From the NCBI GenBank assembly GCA_002269645.1, contig NIVC01002513.1, forward strand, positions 1 through 36,588: 36,588 nucleotides of DNA. Direction: 5' to 3'. The stretch is from Macrostomum lignano (taxonomy: Eukaryota). Both the position numbers and the translations under genes were made by a program. Below are positions 24,116 through 35,235 of the stretch, one piece after another (the first letter of the stretch is position 1; every line of letters starts with the position of its first letter). Below the pieces are notes generated by a model. The model was not told the DNA's origin. It was given only the letters and a program-made list of their open reading frames with translations, and ran no database searches.

Positions 24116-24153
24116 TTAATTACTCAATTGGTCACGCGCCCTTACTGTTTCAG

Positions 24154-24394
24154 GTGGCAGACAGATGGCCGGCACTTCGAGACCACGCCAATCTATCACC
24201 AGCTCTGCCTGTGCGTCACGGACTACCAGCTGCCGTACGATCAGCAGTGCGCCTCGACTTTGTCCTCGAAGCTGTTTAATTTGGAGGACGGATTTTCGAC
24301 GCTTGAGAAATCCGTTAGAAAGATGATTCGATTAATACCTGCTATGCCGATACTCTCGCAATTGGATAAGAATCTGTTGGGCAAATTGGTCAAG
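24154..24394 (+). CDS. Nuclear receptor, N-terminal part of ligand-binding domain
   Basis: tttcag|G ... GTCAAG|gtaatc; ..LEKSVRKMIRLIPAMPILSQLDKNLLGKLVK (helix 3-4-like); phases 2 to 0. Confidence 0.82.
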
Positions 24395-25285
24395 GTAATC
24401 CAGTCAGACATTCGGTAATCCAGTCACACATTCGATAATCCATTCAGACATTCGGTAATCCAGTCACACATTCGATAATCCAGTCAGACATTCGATAATC
24501 CAGTCAGACATTCAGTAATCCAATCAGATATTCGGTAATCCAGTCAGACAGTCGATAATCCGTTCAGACATTCAATAATCCATTTAGACATTCGATAATC
24601 CAGTCAGACATTCGGTAATCCAGTCAGACATTCGGTAATCCAGTCAGACATTCGGTAATCCAATCAGATATTCGGTAATCCAGTCAGACATTCGGTAATC
24701 CAGTCAGACATTCGGTAATCCAGTCAGACATTCGGTAATCCAGTCAGACATTCGGTAATCCAATCAGATATTCGGTAATCCAGTCAGACATTCGGTAATC
24801 CAGTCAGACATTTGGTAATCCAGTCAGAAATTCGATAATCCAGTCAGACATTCGGTAATCCAGTCAGACATTCGGTAATCCAGTCACACATTCGATAATC
24901 CATTCAGATATTCGGTAATCCAGTCAGACATTCGGTAATCCAGTCAGACATTCGGTAATCCAGTCAGACATTCGGTAGTCCAGTCAGACATTCGGTAATC
25001 CAGTCAGACATTCGATAATCCATTCAGATATTCGATAATCCATTCAGATATTCGGTAATCCAGTCAGACATTCGGTAATCCATTCAGATATTCGGTAATC
25101 CAGTCAGACATTCGGTAATCCATTCAGATATTCGGTAATCCAGTCAGACATTCGGTAATCCAGTCAGACATTCAGTAATCCAGTCAGACATTCGGTAATC
25201 CAGTCAGACATTCGATAATCCATTCAGATATTCGGTAATCCAATCAGACATTCGATAATCCAGTCAGACATTCGATAATCTATTC
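24395..25285. repeat. 20-bp minisatellite GTAATCCAGTCAGACATTCG, about 44 copies, starting at the intron 4 donor GT
   Basis: Seen directly. Confidence 0.97.
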
Positions 25286-25414
25286 AGAATTTTTTTAATC
25301 TAGTTCACTAGAACTGGAACTGGTTAAAAAGGTAGCCTAATACGAATATTTGATGGGCTTGTTTTCTACCTGACATTCGAGATGTACACATCCCTAATCC
25401 CCTCACCCCATCAG

Positions 25415-25765
25415 CTGCGAGTATTCGGCGCAATCCAGATCATCAGCGTACTGTCCTACGATTACGATCGAGACGCATGGGTCGTCCTATTCGAAGCTGC
25501 TGACGGCCTCGAAGAGGCGGTTCTGCACACACGGGAGGCTATCATTGGCACATTTATGAGCCTCACTAGCAAGCGCTGGCTCGACGACCGAGCCCTCTAC
25601 AGCGTGTCGGACGTGGAGCGAATCTACCAGACTCTGACCGACTATTATCGCGACATGCTGCGCCTGTTTGGCGGCCACCGCAAAGTGGCAGCGGTTGTAC
25701 TGTTGGCAATCTATCTGCTTGAGGAGGACAGGGCGCTGCTGTTGTCCTCTGCCGAGCAGGAGGAG
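25415..25765 (+). CDS. Nuclear receptor, ligand-binding domain exon
   Basis: catcag|CTG ... GAGGAG|gtctgt; LRVFGAIQIISVLSYDYDRDAW resembles the HR96 helix 5 region (..SVxSFDxxxxxW); 351 nt, phase 0 to 0. Confidence 0.82.
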
Positions 25766-25954
25766 GTCTGTCTGTCTGTTTTATGGGAAATCTGAGTTTG
25801 AACACATTGCTAGATAGTCGCTTCTTGGGACAGGTTTTGGAAAATCGTCTGTTGACTATAGAAAACAATAAAAACCGCCATTTATCACGCCTAATAAGTG
25901 CTTCAACACAACTTTAAGTAATAGCTTGCTATAAAACATCCCTGATAATGATAA

Positions 25955-26870
25955 ATCGCCTCTTTTAGACACACCTGGAAAAATCGCCTCTTTTAGACAC
26001 ACCAGAAAAAATCGCCTCTATTAGACACACCTGGAAAAATCGCCTCTTTTAGACACACCAGGAAAAATCGCCTCTTTTAGACACACCTGGAAAAATCGCC
26101 TCTTTTAGAAACCCGCCAGGAAAAATCGCCTCTTTTAAACACACCTGGAAAAATCGCCTCTTAGAAATACGCTTGGAGAATCGCCTCTTTTGAAAATACA
26201 CCTGAAAGAATCGCTTTTTTAGAAAACCTGGAAAAATCGTCTCTTTTAGAAATCCGCCAGGAAAAATCGCCTCTTTTAAAAACACATCTGGAAAATTGGC
26301 CTCTTTTAGAAATCCGCCTGGAAAAATCGCCTCTTAGAAATCCGCCTGGAAAAATCGCCTCTTTTAGAAATCCGCCTGGAAAAATCGCCTCTTTTAGAAA
26401 CCCGCCAGGAAAAATCGCCTCTTTTAGAAACCCGCCAGGAAAAATCGTCTCTTTTAGACGCACCTAAAAAATCGCCTCTTTTAGAAATCCGCCTGGAAAA
26501 ATCGCCTCTTTTAGAAACCCGCCAGGAAAAATCGCCTCTTTTAGAAACCCGCCAGGAAAAATCGTCTCTTTTAGACACACCTGAAAAAATCGCCTCTTTT
26601 AGAAATCCGCCTGGAAAAATCGCCTCTTTTAGAAACCCGCCAGAAAAAATCGCCTCTTTTAGAAACCCGCCAGGAAAAATCGTCTCTTTTAGACACACCT
26701 AAAAAAATCGCCTCTTTTAGAAATCCGCCTGGAAAAATCGCCTCTTTTAGAAACCCGCCAGGAAAAATCGCCTCTTTTAGAAACCCGCCAGGAAAAATCG
26801 TCGATTTAGACACACCTGAAAAAATCGCCTCTTTTAGAAATCCGCCTGGAAAAATCGCCTCTTTTAGACA
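25955..26870. repeat. 30-bp minisatellite GGAAAAATCGCCTCTTTTAGAAAYCCGCCW, about 30 copies; NR intron 5
   Basis: Seen directly; explains the FLKEAIFPGG ORFs. Confidence 0.95.
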
Positions 26871-26896
26871 CAGGCCCTCCTGTTTGCAACCCGCAG

Positions 26897-27109
26897 GTGC
26901 GCCAGGCTCAGAGTCAGTACCTCAGCCACCTGGACGGCATCGCCAAAATGTGCGAATCAGAATCTGGCGAACCCGCCAGCCGAATCGTTCAGCGCGCCCT
27001 GCTGGCGCTGCTTCGAGTCCGCTGGCTGGACGTGCGCTACAGCGACGGCTCCCGGATACTGCAGGTTGCCAGGGTGCCACCCCTGATGCAGGAGCTCGCG
27101 GCCACCTGA
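26897..27109 (+). CDS. Nuclear receptor, last exon with AF-2-like helix
   Basis: ccgcag|GTG; VRQAQSQYLSHL ... VPPLMQELAAT-stop. The joined CDS from 20345 is 1665 nt (554 aa), open throughout. Confidence 0.85.
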   Translation: MRQAQSQYLSHLDGIAKMCESESGEPASRIVQRALLALLRVRWLDVRYSDGSRILQVARVPPLMQELAAT

Positions 27110-27239
27110 ACATAAGCAGATCACGTGATCAGCTTAACTCTGTTATTTGTTGTCGTTTTGTCCTGTTGCTTACCTTTTGTTGCGTTGTTGTTTTTTCTAT
27201 GCGATTCTTGGAAAGAGCAACAGATTTGTTTGATTGAGA

Positions 27240-27245
27240 AATAAA
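27240..27245 (+). other. Candidate polyadenylation signal AATAAA of the nuclear receptor gene
   Basis: Hexamer about 130 nt after the stop codon; motif match only. Confidence 0.35.
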
Positions 27246-28756
27246 TTTTTAGTGGAAAATTCATGCTTGGTTTTTTTATTTTGTCATTGCGTCATGGACG
27301 ATGCATGTGGAGCAGCCGCACAGTCTCGACGCTCTAGATCTCTGCTTTTTCATGCTTGCAACTCATTGTCATTTCTCTAGTGCAGCCGCTTCATTTATTA
27401 ATTTATTGTTAATTAAAGTTCGTCCCATCCTCATCAAAGTACATTTGCTACGCTCGACCTAAAAGTACATTCAATATTCTCAGCAAAAGTTCATTTACTC
27501 TTTATTGCCTAAAAGTACATTTGGTACTCTATCCTTAAACTAAATTTCCTTCCTACCACCTAATATATTCTCAGCCTAAAAGTACTTTTCGATCTTCTCA
27601 GCCTAAAAGGACATTTAAACCTCCCAGCCACACAAGTACACACTTTTAAGAATTGCACCTTCCTGTTTAAAAGTGCATCCATATCTCCCTTCTTCACCTG
27701 AATTCGACTCAACTCATTTAGAGATTATGTTAGTGCGTAGGTTTTTTGGTTTAAAAGAAACTCTTTTGAACGAACTCTGGTTTATTATTTTGTTGATATT
27801 GCACCAATTTACTGTACCTATTATAATGTACTCTTCTATTTTCTGCTACCTGTCTAGAGTACTGGCTAAATGTAAGCGCACTTTATTATAGAGTATAACC
27901 GTTGCGCGTCCGCTTGCCGTAATTTTATATTTGCGCCGTTACCAAAAATTCTTTGTACGAGTAGAATTCTTTTAGATCTGTGTGGGTGCGTGTTCTGACC
28001 TTTTTTGTCATTTCAAGCGAAATTATCTTTACTTTTTAATATATAGTGCTGTGTCTTCGTGTTGTAAAAGATGTACGTTGCTAATTGTTGGGCAAAATTG
28101 GCATCTTCACCTACACCTGGCTGCTGCGTCATTCTCATTCCTATATGCATATAGCAAGTAGTCAGTCTATTTATTATAATTAGAGGCAAGTTCTCCTCTG
28201 CCTGCCACCGGCTTAGCTTGTCTCTAGCGTTTTAATTCGATGTAATTTGTTGTTTGATGGGCCATTTTAATGTGACTATTGTTAACAGCATGTATATCGA
28301 TTGCTGCCCGCAAATATTTATTGTCATAATTGTAGCGCGTGAGAACCCTTGTTTAAGACTTCGTTTTAGCCATTATTTGTCTGCTTTTCTGTCTTACTCG
28401 TATGTCTGCTACTCGTAATAATTTTTTATTCCAGCGAGTAATAAAGCACTCGGTAAATATCACAATTTCTAGAATAGCTAGTCTAGATATACCACTCGCT
28501 TATCCCTACTTAGCCAAATTCGCGTTTTTGCCTTTTTAAACCTTAAGACTGCAACAGTCGTCTCTGAATTCTACAAGCAGACCTATTAAATTAGCATCTT
28601 AAATTCTGTTTTAGTCGCTAGGACCTTATTTAAAATAGAATTCAATTTAAGACTGAAGCCAAAACCAATGCGTGTTGCACAGCAAGAGAGAAAAGGGGTG
28701 ACGCCCCAGTTCCCTGTCTCGTCGATAAACAGTTTAGCTTTCATTTTAGTCTTTCC

Positions 28757-28965
28757 TTACTGTTACTGCTCTCTCTCATTGGCTGAGCCAGATTGGGTCT
28801 GTCATCCTAGGTTGAGTTTCGTCCGTCTTCTCTCTCCTTACTGCTCTCTCATTGGCTAAGCCAGATTGGGCCTGCCACCCTAGGCTGAGTTTCGTACATC
28901 TGACTTGAACCTCTCTCCTTACTGCTCTCATTAGCTGAGCTAGCTTGGGGCTGTTTCGTCCGTCT
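28757..28965. repeat. About 75-81 bp unit repeated about 2.6 times (TACTGCTCTCTCATTGGCTGAGCCAGATTGG...)
   Basis: Unit starts near 28764, 28839 and 28920. Confidence 0.8.
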
Positions 28966-29634
28966 TGCACTCACTTGTGTACGGGTTAAGTGCTTGTTGT
29001 TCATTCTAACCCTATATGTCGGGACTCGGGAGGCAGCAAACCCGGAGAAAAACAGTAGACGATCTAGTTTTTTTCTTCACAACATTAATTGCGAGTGACA
29101 CATCTGGCTATTCTAAACATTTGCGGTACAGACAGTTTCTATAAATTTTAATTATATTATACCATATTGTTAAATTTGTATGTCTTTTATGTATATGAAA
29201 GAGCAAATATTAATTTCTAAATAAAATTGTTCGAATTTTGTTTTTTTCATCGTCCGCGTGCCATAAGCAGATTTATCTCAAATTGTGGTGTATAAATTGT
29301 GTTGTCCATAAACTTGGTCGTATTTTTTCTCGCAAAAAAAACTTAAAAACTCCAACAGACAAAACAAGATTTTTGAAATATGCTGGATTTTCTACTTATA
29401 GTAGCGTATAAAACTAGTTAGTTTAGATTTTTATATTAAATTATTAGTGTTGTTACATTCGCAACTGGCAATGACAGGGTTAAATAATTAATTTCCTTAT
29501 AAACTTAATTTAATTGAGATGGTCTGCTCTGATACGCTTGTACATTTACAGTTCCAATATTGGGGCAGAAATGCGCGGTATCTGTTAATTTTTAGAAAAA
29601 TATATTGCTAAGAGTCCTAAGACTCAATTCAGAA

Positions 29635-30035
29635 GTAAAATTCGGGATCAATTCAGGAGAGGAATTCGGGATCTATTCAGGAGAGGAATTCGGGATCTAT
29701 TCAGGAGAGGAATTCGGGATCAATTCAGGAGAGGAATTCGGGATCTATTCAGGAGAGGAATTCTGGATCTTTTCAGGAGAGGAATTCGGGATCTATTCAG
29801 GAGTGGAATTCGGGATCTATTCAGGAGAGGAATTCGGGATTTATTCAGGAGTGAAAGTCGGGATCAATTCAGGAGAGGAATTCGGGATCAATTCAGGAGT
29901 GGAATTTGGAATTTATTCAGGAGTGAAAGTCGGGATCGATTCAGGAGTGGAATTCGGGATCTATTCAGAAGAGGAATTCGGGATCAATTCAGGAGAGGAA
30001 TTTGGGATTTATTCAGGAGTGAAAGTCGGGATCTG
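29635..30035. repeat. 24-bp minisatellite GGGATCTATTCAGGAGAGGAATTC, about 16 copies, just past the GKAP1-like stop codon
   Basis: Seen directly; explains the GIYSGEEF ORF. Confidence 0.95.
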
Positions 30036-30071
30036 GGGTTCGTTCAAGGTGCATCACGAAGCCCGTGCACT

Positions 30072-30365
30072 TCAGCGAGCGGCACTGGACCTCAGCTTGT
30101 CCAGCTGATCCTGCAGTTGACGTGACTTGGTCTTCTCCTTCTCTAGCTCCGAGTCCAGCACTTTGGTGCTGTCTGTCAGTTCGGAAATCACGGATGTGAG
30201 CTGGTAGATCTGCTCGGACAGACCTTTGGCTTTTTTACCTTCGACTAAGCTGAGGAGAGAGTTCAGATGAGCAACTTGGGCTTCAGAACTGGCCAGCGAA
30301 CGCTTCAGACTGTCGGTCTCGGCTCGTAGAGACTCGTTCTCGGCCTCTTTCACGGCTAGGGCTTC
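30072..30365 (-). CDS. GKAP1: G kinase-anchoring protein 1-like, last exon
   Basis: gatccag|GAA; coiled coil ..KAKGLSEQIYQLTSVISELTDSTKVLDSELEKEKTKSRQLQDQLDKL, similar to the recalled GKAP1 C-terminus (KAEILLQV..NELTIQVTSLHAALEQERSK). Confidence 0.75.
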   Translation of the reverse strand, partial: EALAVKEAENESLRAETDSLKRSLASSEAQVAHLNSLLSLVEGKKAKGLSEQIYQLTSVISELTDSTKVLDSELEKEKTKSRQLQDQLDKLRSSAAR

Positions 30366-30513
30366 CTGGATCCATTGTTAAAGGGAGTGTTGCATTTGTG
30401 AACTTGAGGAATGCAATTGCATCCCGGAATCCCGGTCCCGGAATTCGGGACCACATGATTCGGAAATGGGACTACATGTAGATGATCTAGACTAAACTAA
30501 AATTAGGTCTTAC

Positions 30514-30765
30514 CTGAAACTTGGCCTGCAACTCCAGTTCAACTTCCTGACGAATAAGCTCCTTCTCGGTGAGTTTCTCTCTGCGCACGGTGGCGTTCGC
30601 AGCCCGGCGGCTCTCCGCCTCAATTCTTGTCAGAGTACTGCCTGGAACGCCTGACAGGGAGCTGGCATTGACAGACGAAGCTGTAGCTGTAGGCTTTTCT
30701 TGTTCGAGCCTGCTGGCCATTATTGCTTCGGCCAATTCGCGCTTATAACTGCTGTCTAACAGCTC
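30514..30765 (-). CDS. GKAP1: GKAP1-like, middle exon
   Basis: attcag|GAG ... TTTCAG|gtaaga; ELLDSSYKRELAEAIMASRLE compares with GKAP1 [22 protein letters not shown]; also ATVRREK. Confidence 0.75.
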
Positions 30766-31007
30766 CTGAATCGGTAGAGTTATTTTAGAACTATTTACCA
30801 CGGCCAGGGTAAACGGCGGGAGTAACTATACACTTACATCAATTACAAATTGCCTCGTCATCTAATTTAGTTTGTTTCTCAAGTTTTTTAATCTTTACCG
30901 TTTTGCATGTTATTCTATTTTGGAAAACACTTTTTTACTACTTTTACTAAGTAGCTTACTCGTTTATTTCACAATTCAAATATAACATTCAAATCAAATA
31001 ATCAAAC

Positions 31008-31250
31008 CTGATCTTTTTTCTGCCACTCCTCCTGCTGTGCTGCCAGTGCTTCCATGTTTGGTAATTTTCTCTTTGATTGCTGCTGTGCAGGCTTGCTGCT
31101 TCTAGCAGCAGGCACTGGTTGCTGTTGCTTCTGTTGCTTGTTCTTTTTTGACTTACGACCATTACCAGTGGTTTTCCTGCTTTCATTATTAGTATCACTA
31201 TCTTCACTGCTGCTCAGACCTTCAACTTTTAGCACAGCAAATTTGGACAT
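31008..31250 (-). CDS. GKAP1: GKAP1-like, first coding exon
   Basis: tttcag|ATG; MSKFAVLKVEGLSSSEDSD compares with GKAP1 SRFALLQVDSGSGSDSE; EEWQKKDQ|gtttga compares with EWRQRDEQ. Joined CDS 789 nt (262 aa). An upstream exon is implied but not located. Confidence 0.78.
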
Positions 31251-31594
31251 CTGAAATCAGAAAGAACAGCAATATAAGCCTAAGAGTCATTCAATGTCAT
31301 AACAAAAAATCTACACATAAAACTATGTCAAAGATAGCCTATTTATTCTTTCTTTGCATATGAAATTATAATATCCAAGGCAATTTATTAAAATATATTC
31401 CTTAGTAAGTATAGGCCTCTCTATAGTAGTTCATGCCTAATTATTAATTTTAAATTCCCAAAAATAGCATAGATAAGCCTAAATATATGTTAGGCTTATT
31501 TATTATCTTTGATTAAAACTTTAAATAATCAATTTATCATTTTTTCTTTATTTTTGAGTAGCCTAAGCACTATTTATCAATAGGCCTTAACTGC

Positions 31595-31784
31595 CAGGCG
31601 TGGATCCGGGAATTTCTTGAGGGGGGGGGCAACTTTTTTCATACTGCCCCAAGTAGGAACCTACCCCAAGGCCCAAGCCCTTTCTTTACTTAGAAGGGGG
31701 CTAAAGGCAAAAGTAGAATTTTTTTGAGGCAGCTGAGAGGGGGGGCCATGGCCCCCTTGGCCTCCCCCCCAGGATCTGCCACTG
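31595..31784. mobile_element. hAT-like MITE, 190 bp
   Basis: Ends CAGGCGTGGATCC ... GGATCTGCCACTG (imperfect terminal inverted repeats). Flanked by TTAACTGC (31587-31594) and ATAACTGC (31785-31792), a 7/8 match to an 8-bp TSD. Confidence 0.6.
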
Positions 31785-32630
31785 ATAACTGCAAAATGAA
31801 TAGTACATTGTTCTTTTACACCAAAAATGGCACAATGACTTACTTTATCTTTTTTGTATTTAGGCCTAGCCTAGGCCCTAATTGTCTTTTGCAAATGGAG
31901 TAAGACTCCTATCTATAGTATAAATTTATTTTATTAATTTTATCTTTTATTATTTTGTTAAATAAATCTATGAATTTCCTATATATTAGGCTCTACCATT
32001 TATTGCGAAAATAGGCCTATTTGTTGCTTGTAAATGACTTTGTTAGCCTATAACTTAACTAAAGTCTAAACTATGATCATTTTAGGCTCAAGTTTTGTAT
32101 AATATAGGCCTAGCCCAACCATTTATTAAAAGCACCAATACCTTTAAAGTGTTATAAAATTTGGAATTGGTAATTAAATAATATGATTTATGCTTAGGCC
32201 TATAATACCAGGCCTAATATGCCTAGACTACATTTGTAACTAGTGTAATTTTACAACAATTTTATGCTTTGATTTAACCTTATATATCATTAGAAAGATG
32301 GGCAATTATGATTGCATTAAAATATTATATTAACTTTTACACATTAGATTATTATTAATTAGTTGGCAGATTCTACCAAAATAGAAAAACTGCTAAATAC
32401 TTGATTACTTGCAAAGTTGCAACACTTAATTCTACACGCAGAAATTAATATGAATGTCGCTGTCCAGTGTCCAGTCACTTGAAATGCATGGTATTAATTA
32501 TCTATAGGCATAGCCTCTCTCCTCAGTCTCAGGCCTCAGTCAATTTAACTTAAAAGACGTTTTGGTTCTGGTGGAGGATGAGCTGAGTGGGTGGTGGTTA
32601 GGCCTATCTTTTATTCTTCCCACCTTCAAG

Positions 32631-32784
32631 TCCCTAGACCCTTACCGCAGCACAGCGAGAAGTTTCCCTGAAGACAACAGTGAAGATGGCCCAGTCAGTT
32701 CCCGCAATTCAACAGGAAGTCTAAACTCTATAGATTATAATCGACAAGACGACAACGACAAGGAACCTGCACAGCATGCCTCTG
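32631..32784 (+). CDS. Uncharacterized protein, internal exon
   Basis: cccaccttcaag|TCC ... CTCTG|gtaaat; SLDPYRSTARSFPEDNSEDG...; phase 0 to 1 fits the next exon. A start is possible at ATG|gtatta (32488-32490). Confidence 0.6.
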
Positions 32785-33864
32785 GTAAATGCAGGATTTT
32801 GAAGAGAGAGCCGGAGACTGATTATAAGTTATAACAATACCAATGGATTAATCAGACATTAACTTGCACTATGGTTTATGGCAATTGTTTAAACTACAAA
32901 GAAGACAATTTTTAATAACATTTCAACAAATGTTATTACACTGTTTACACAATTTGTCCAATCGCATTCAAATGAAGTCGCTGTTGACGGACATTTCGTC
33001 AAAAACCTTTTCGTCAGAGTCATTTCGTCATTTTGTAAAATGGTAGAAATGTGTAGGTGTGTGTATGATTTCGAATTTGAATTGAAATAAATATTCACGT
33101 TCAGTAGTCTTATATGTCTTGCTAAAATAGGTCAGTTATATATATCTGTGTGGGAACTGTACATGTAATTGTTGGTTAAGTGATGTGTTTTAAGTAAAAA
33201 ACGTATACTCGAATACTAAGGGGAAATCAATTGGACTACTCCAGATGAAAATTATGGTTTTTATGGGTCTTGCCTTCTATCAGTTGCTCCGTGTTCATGA
33301 ATCTTTTGGCTTTGACGATATGCTGTTCAAAATTCAGAATGATGAAACTTTTAGCGTAACAGCAGCTGTCTATGGCGTGATCTAAATTTAGCTTCCATTA
33401 TCCCATTAAGCCAGCATTAGTGGACGAGAGGGTTTGTAGTTTTGACGAAATCAATTGCAAAAGCTATTCACAAGCTGTAGTAGGTACATTACTGTAAGAA
33501 CTCAGCTTAAAGCACCGCGCAGACTTTATTAACTAGCAGACGTGACTCGATCGATTTAAAACTTTGTCAATCAACCATGCTTGCCGTTGCGCTTTATCTG
33601 GCCCTACTAATCCAGGGTAAGAATTTATTTAGTAAGATTTATTAATAAGTACACAGTTCCTGTAAATAATTATATACACAAATTTGCCTGGGTTTGCGGG
33701 GGCCGAGGGGAGGGGTTGATAGAGGGTAATGCGACAGTGGGCCTAATCGGTCCTCATTTCACCCCGGAGCAGGCATACAGATACGTACGCAGGCACTCAC
33801 ATTTGTCACATTTGCCTCAGCTCAGCGCGAGCATTCGCACACTCACTGCACATACTATTTACAG

Positions 33865-34187
33865 TAGCAAGCCTAGCATCGGCAGCTCCGGCCTGGCGAG
33901 AGGACATTGTCCTGATGAGACAGGCCGAAATCTACGAATACGAGGTCTCAGACGGTAGCGCACAGCAGCCGTATGAGCAGTCGCCGATTGAGCCTCCCCC
34001 ACTTGACCTGGCAACAGTGGCGGCCTACACGCCCCTGACACCCGTGCCGCCAACTCTGGCAACTCCTGTGCATGTGCAGACGGCCAAGGACGACAAGACC
34101 AAATTAGCCGAATATCTGGACGAGCTGGACAAGCAGAATTGGATGACGTTGAGGGCCCCGCCAACTAGTACTACTATTAACTACTAA
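33865..34187 (+). CDS. Uncharacterized protein, last exon
   Basis: tttacag|TA; VASLASAAPAWREDIVLMRQAEIYEYEV...KDDKTKLAEYLDELDKQNWMTL...INY-stop; GC-rich island in AT-rich flanks. Confidence 0.68.
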
Positions 34188-35235
34188 GGTCTTAGTTCTA
34201 TTAGTAGTATATCTTACACTAAAAACTGTACAAATAATGGCCGTCTTTGTTCAACGCTATACAAGTGTCTTAAGCTTTATAAATGAGGATTTTAAACAGT
34301 TTCAGTCGCAATATATTATTATTCTGTTTCTAAAGTAAAGAAACTCACAATACTAAAATATTAACTAGGTTACTTTTTTAGCGAAATAAAAACAATACAG
34401 ACATAAATGTATGAAAACTTGTGGGTTTTATTAATTATCCATTTAGCCATTTATTCCAGTAGTAGTAGTAGCATGAGTAGTAAAAATAGCATTTCAATAA
34501 TATTTGAAGATCAATAATAGTATATTAATATTTATGTCCAAAAGAAGCGCATAGATATTTTACAGTTAATAAAATATTACTGACTCAACTAACTGATGAA
34601 GAAAGCAAGTGCATATTTCGAAAATCAAAATCAATCTACTCTACCAGTACCTCTGAAACCTTGTGGGCCGATACTCTAAATAATTAAGCACCTACTACTG
34701 GCTTTATCATTTATTATTCTGGAAGATAATAGTAGCTCATTAGTCCTTAGATGGAATGCTGTACAACTATTAAAGTTCAGGCTGTGATCATCAATAGATA
34801 ATAACTGATTATTACTTACACAACTGTACAGAATTACAGACAGAATTACAGACACAGCTCCGCGGCAGCTTGCACAGGGAAAGACTTTGAAATAAAAAAA
34901 CTATAGATGATAACAAATAGACTGTACTATTAAATAGAAATCACTAATTACTACTGTTAGTCAATGGCATTCAGAATAATGTCAACTGGATAATAATAAT
35001 CTTAATTAATTATAGTAATAATTAAGTACTGGCAAATAACTCTCTTGATTTCTTATATTATAGAAAAATAGATGATATTACAATTAAAGAAAATACTTTA
35101 TTGCAACTTTCTAGACGAATTACGCTCGTAAAAAATTTCGACAACAAAATTCGCAACACGCCTACTTGTTGCGTCACGAATCAGTAGTCTGCTGAGGACA
35201 CGGTTTTTGAATAACCAAAAACTAGTTCAATGTTG

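Noticed and set aside
24395-25285. Regular short direct repeats suggestive of a CRISPR array (also other arrays)
   Set aside because: Head-to-tail units with no unique spacers, no cas genes, and a eukaryotic intron context.
27300-29600. AT-rich intergenic ORFs of 63-72 aa
   Set aside because: Short, low-complexity, with no motifs or coherent splice structure.
30410-30455. Palindrome ATGCAATTGCAT and hairpin GGTCCCG-GAATT-CGGGACC in a GKAP1 intron
   Set aside because: Short stems compatible with chance or a tiny repeat remnant; no further support.
34075-34110. AKDDKT resembling NRBF2 (APKDDKT), a VPS15 partner, next to the VPS15 gene
   Set aside because: Five-residue match only; no MIT domain or NRBF2-type coiled coil follows.
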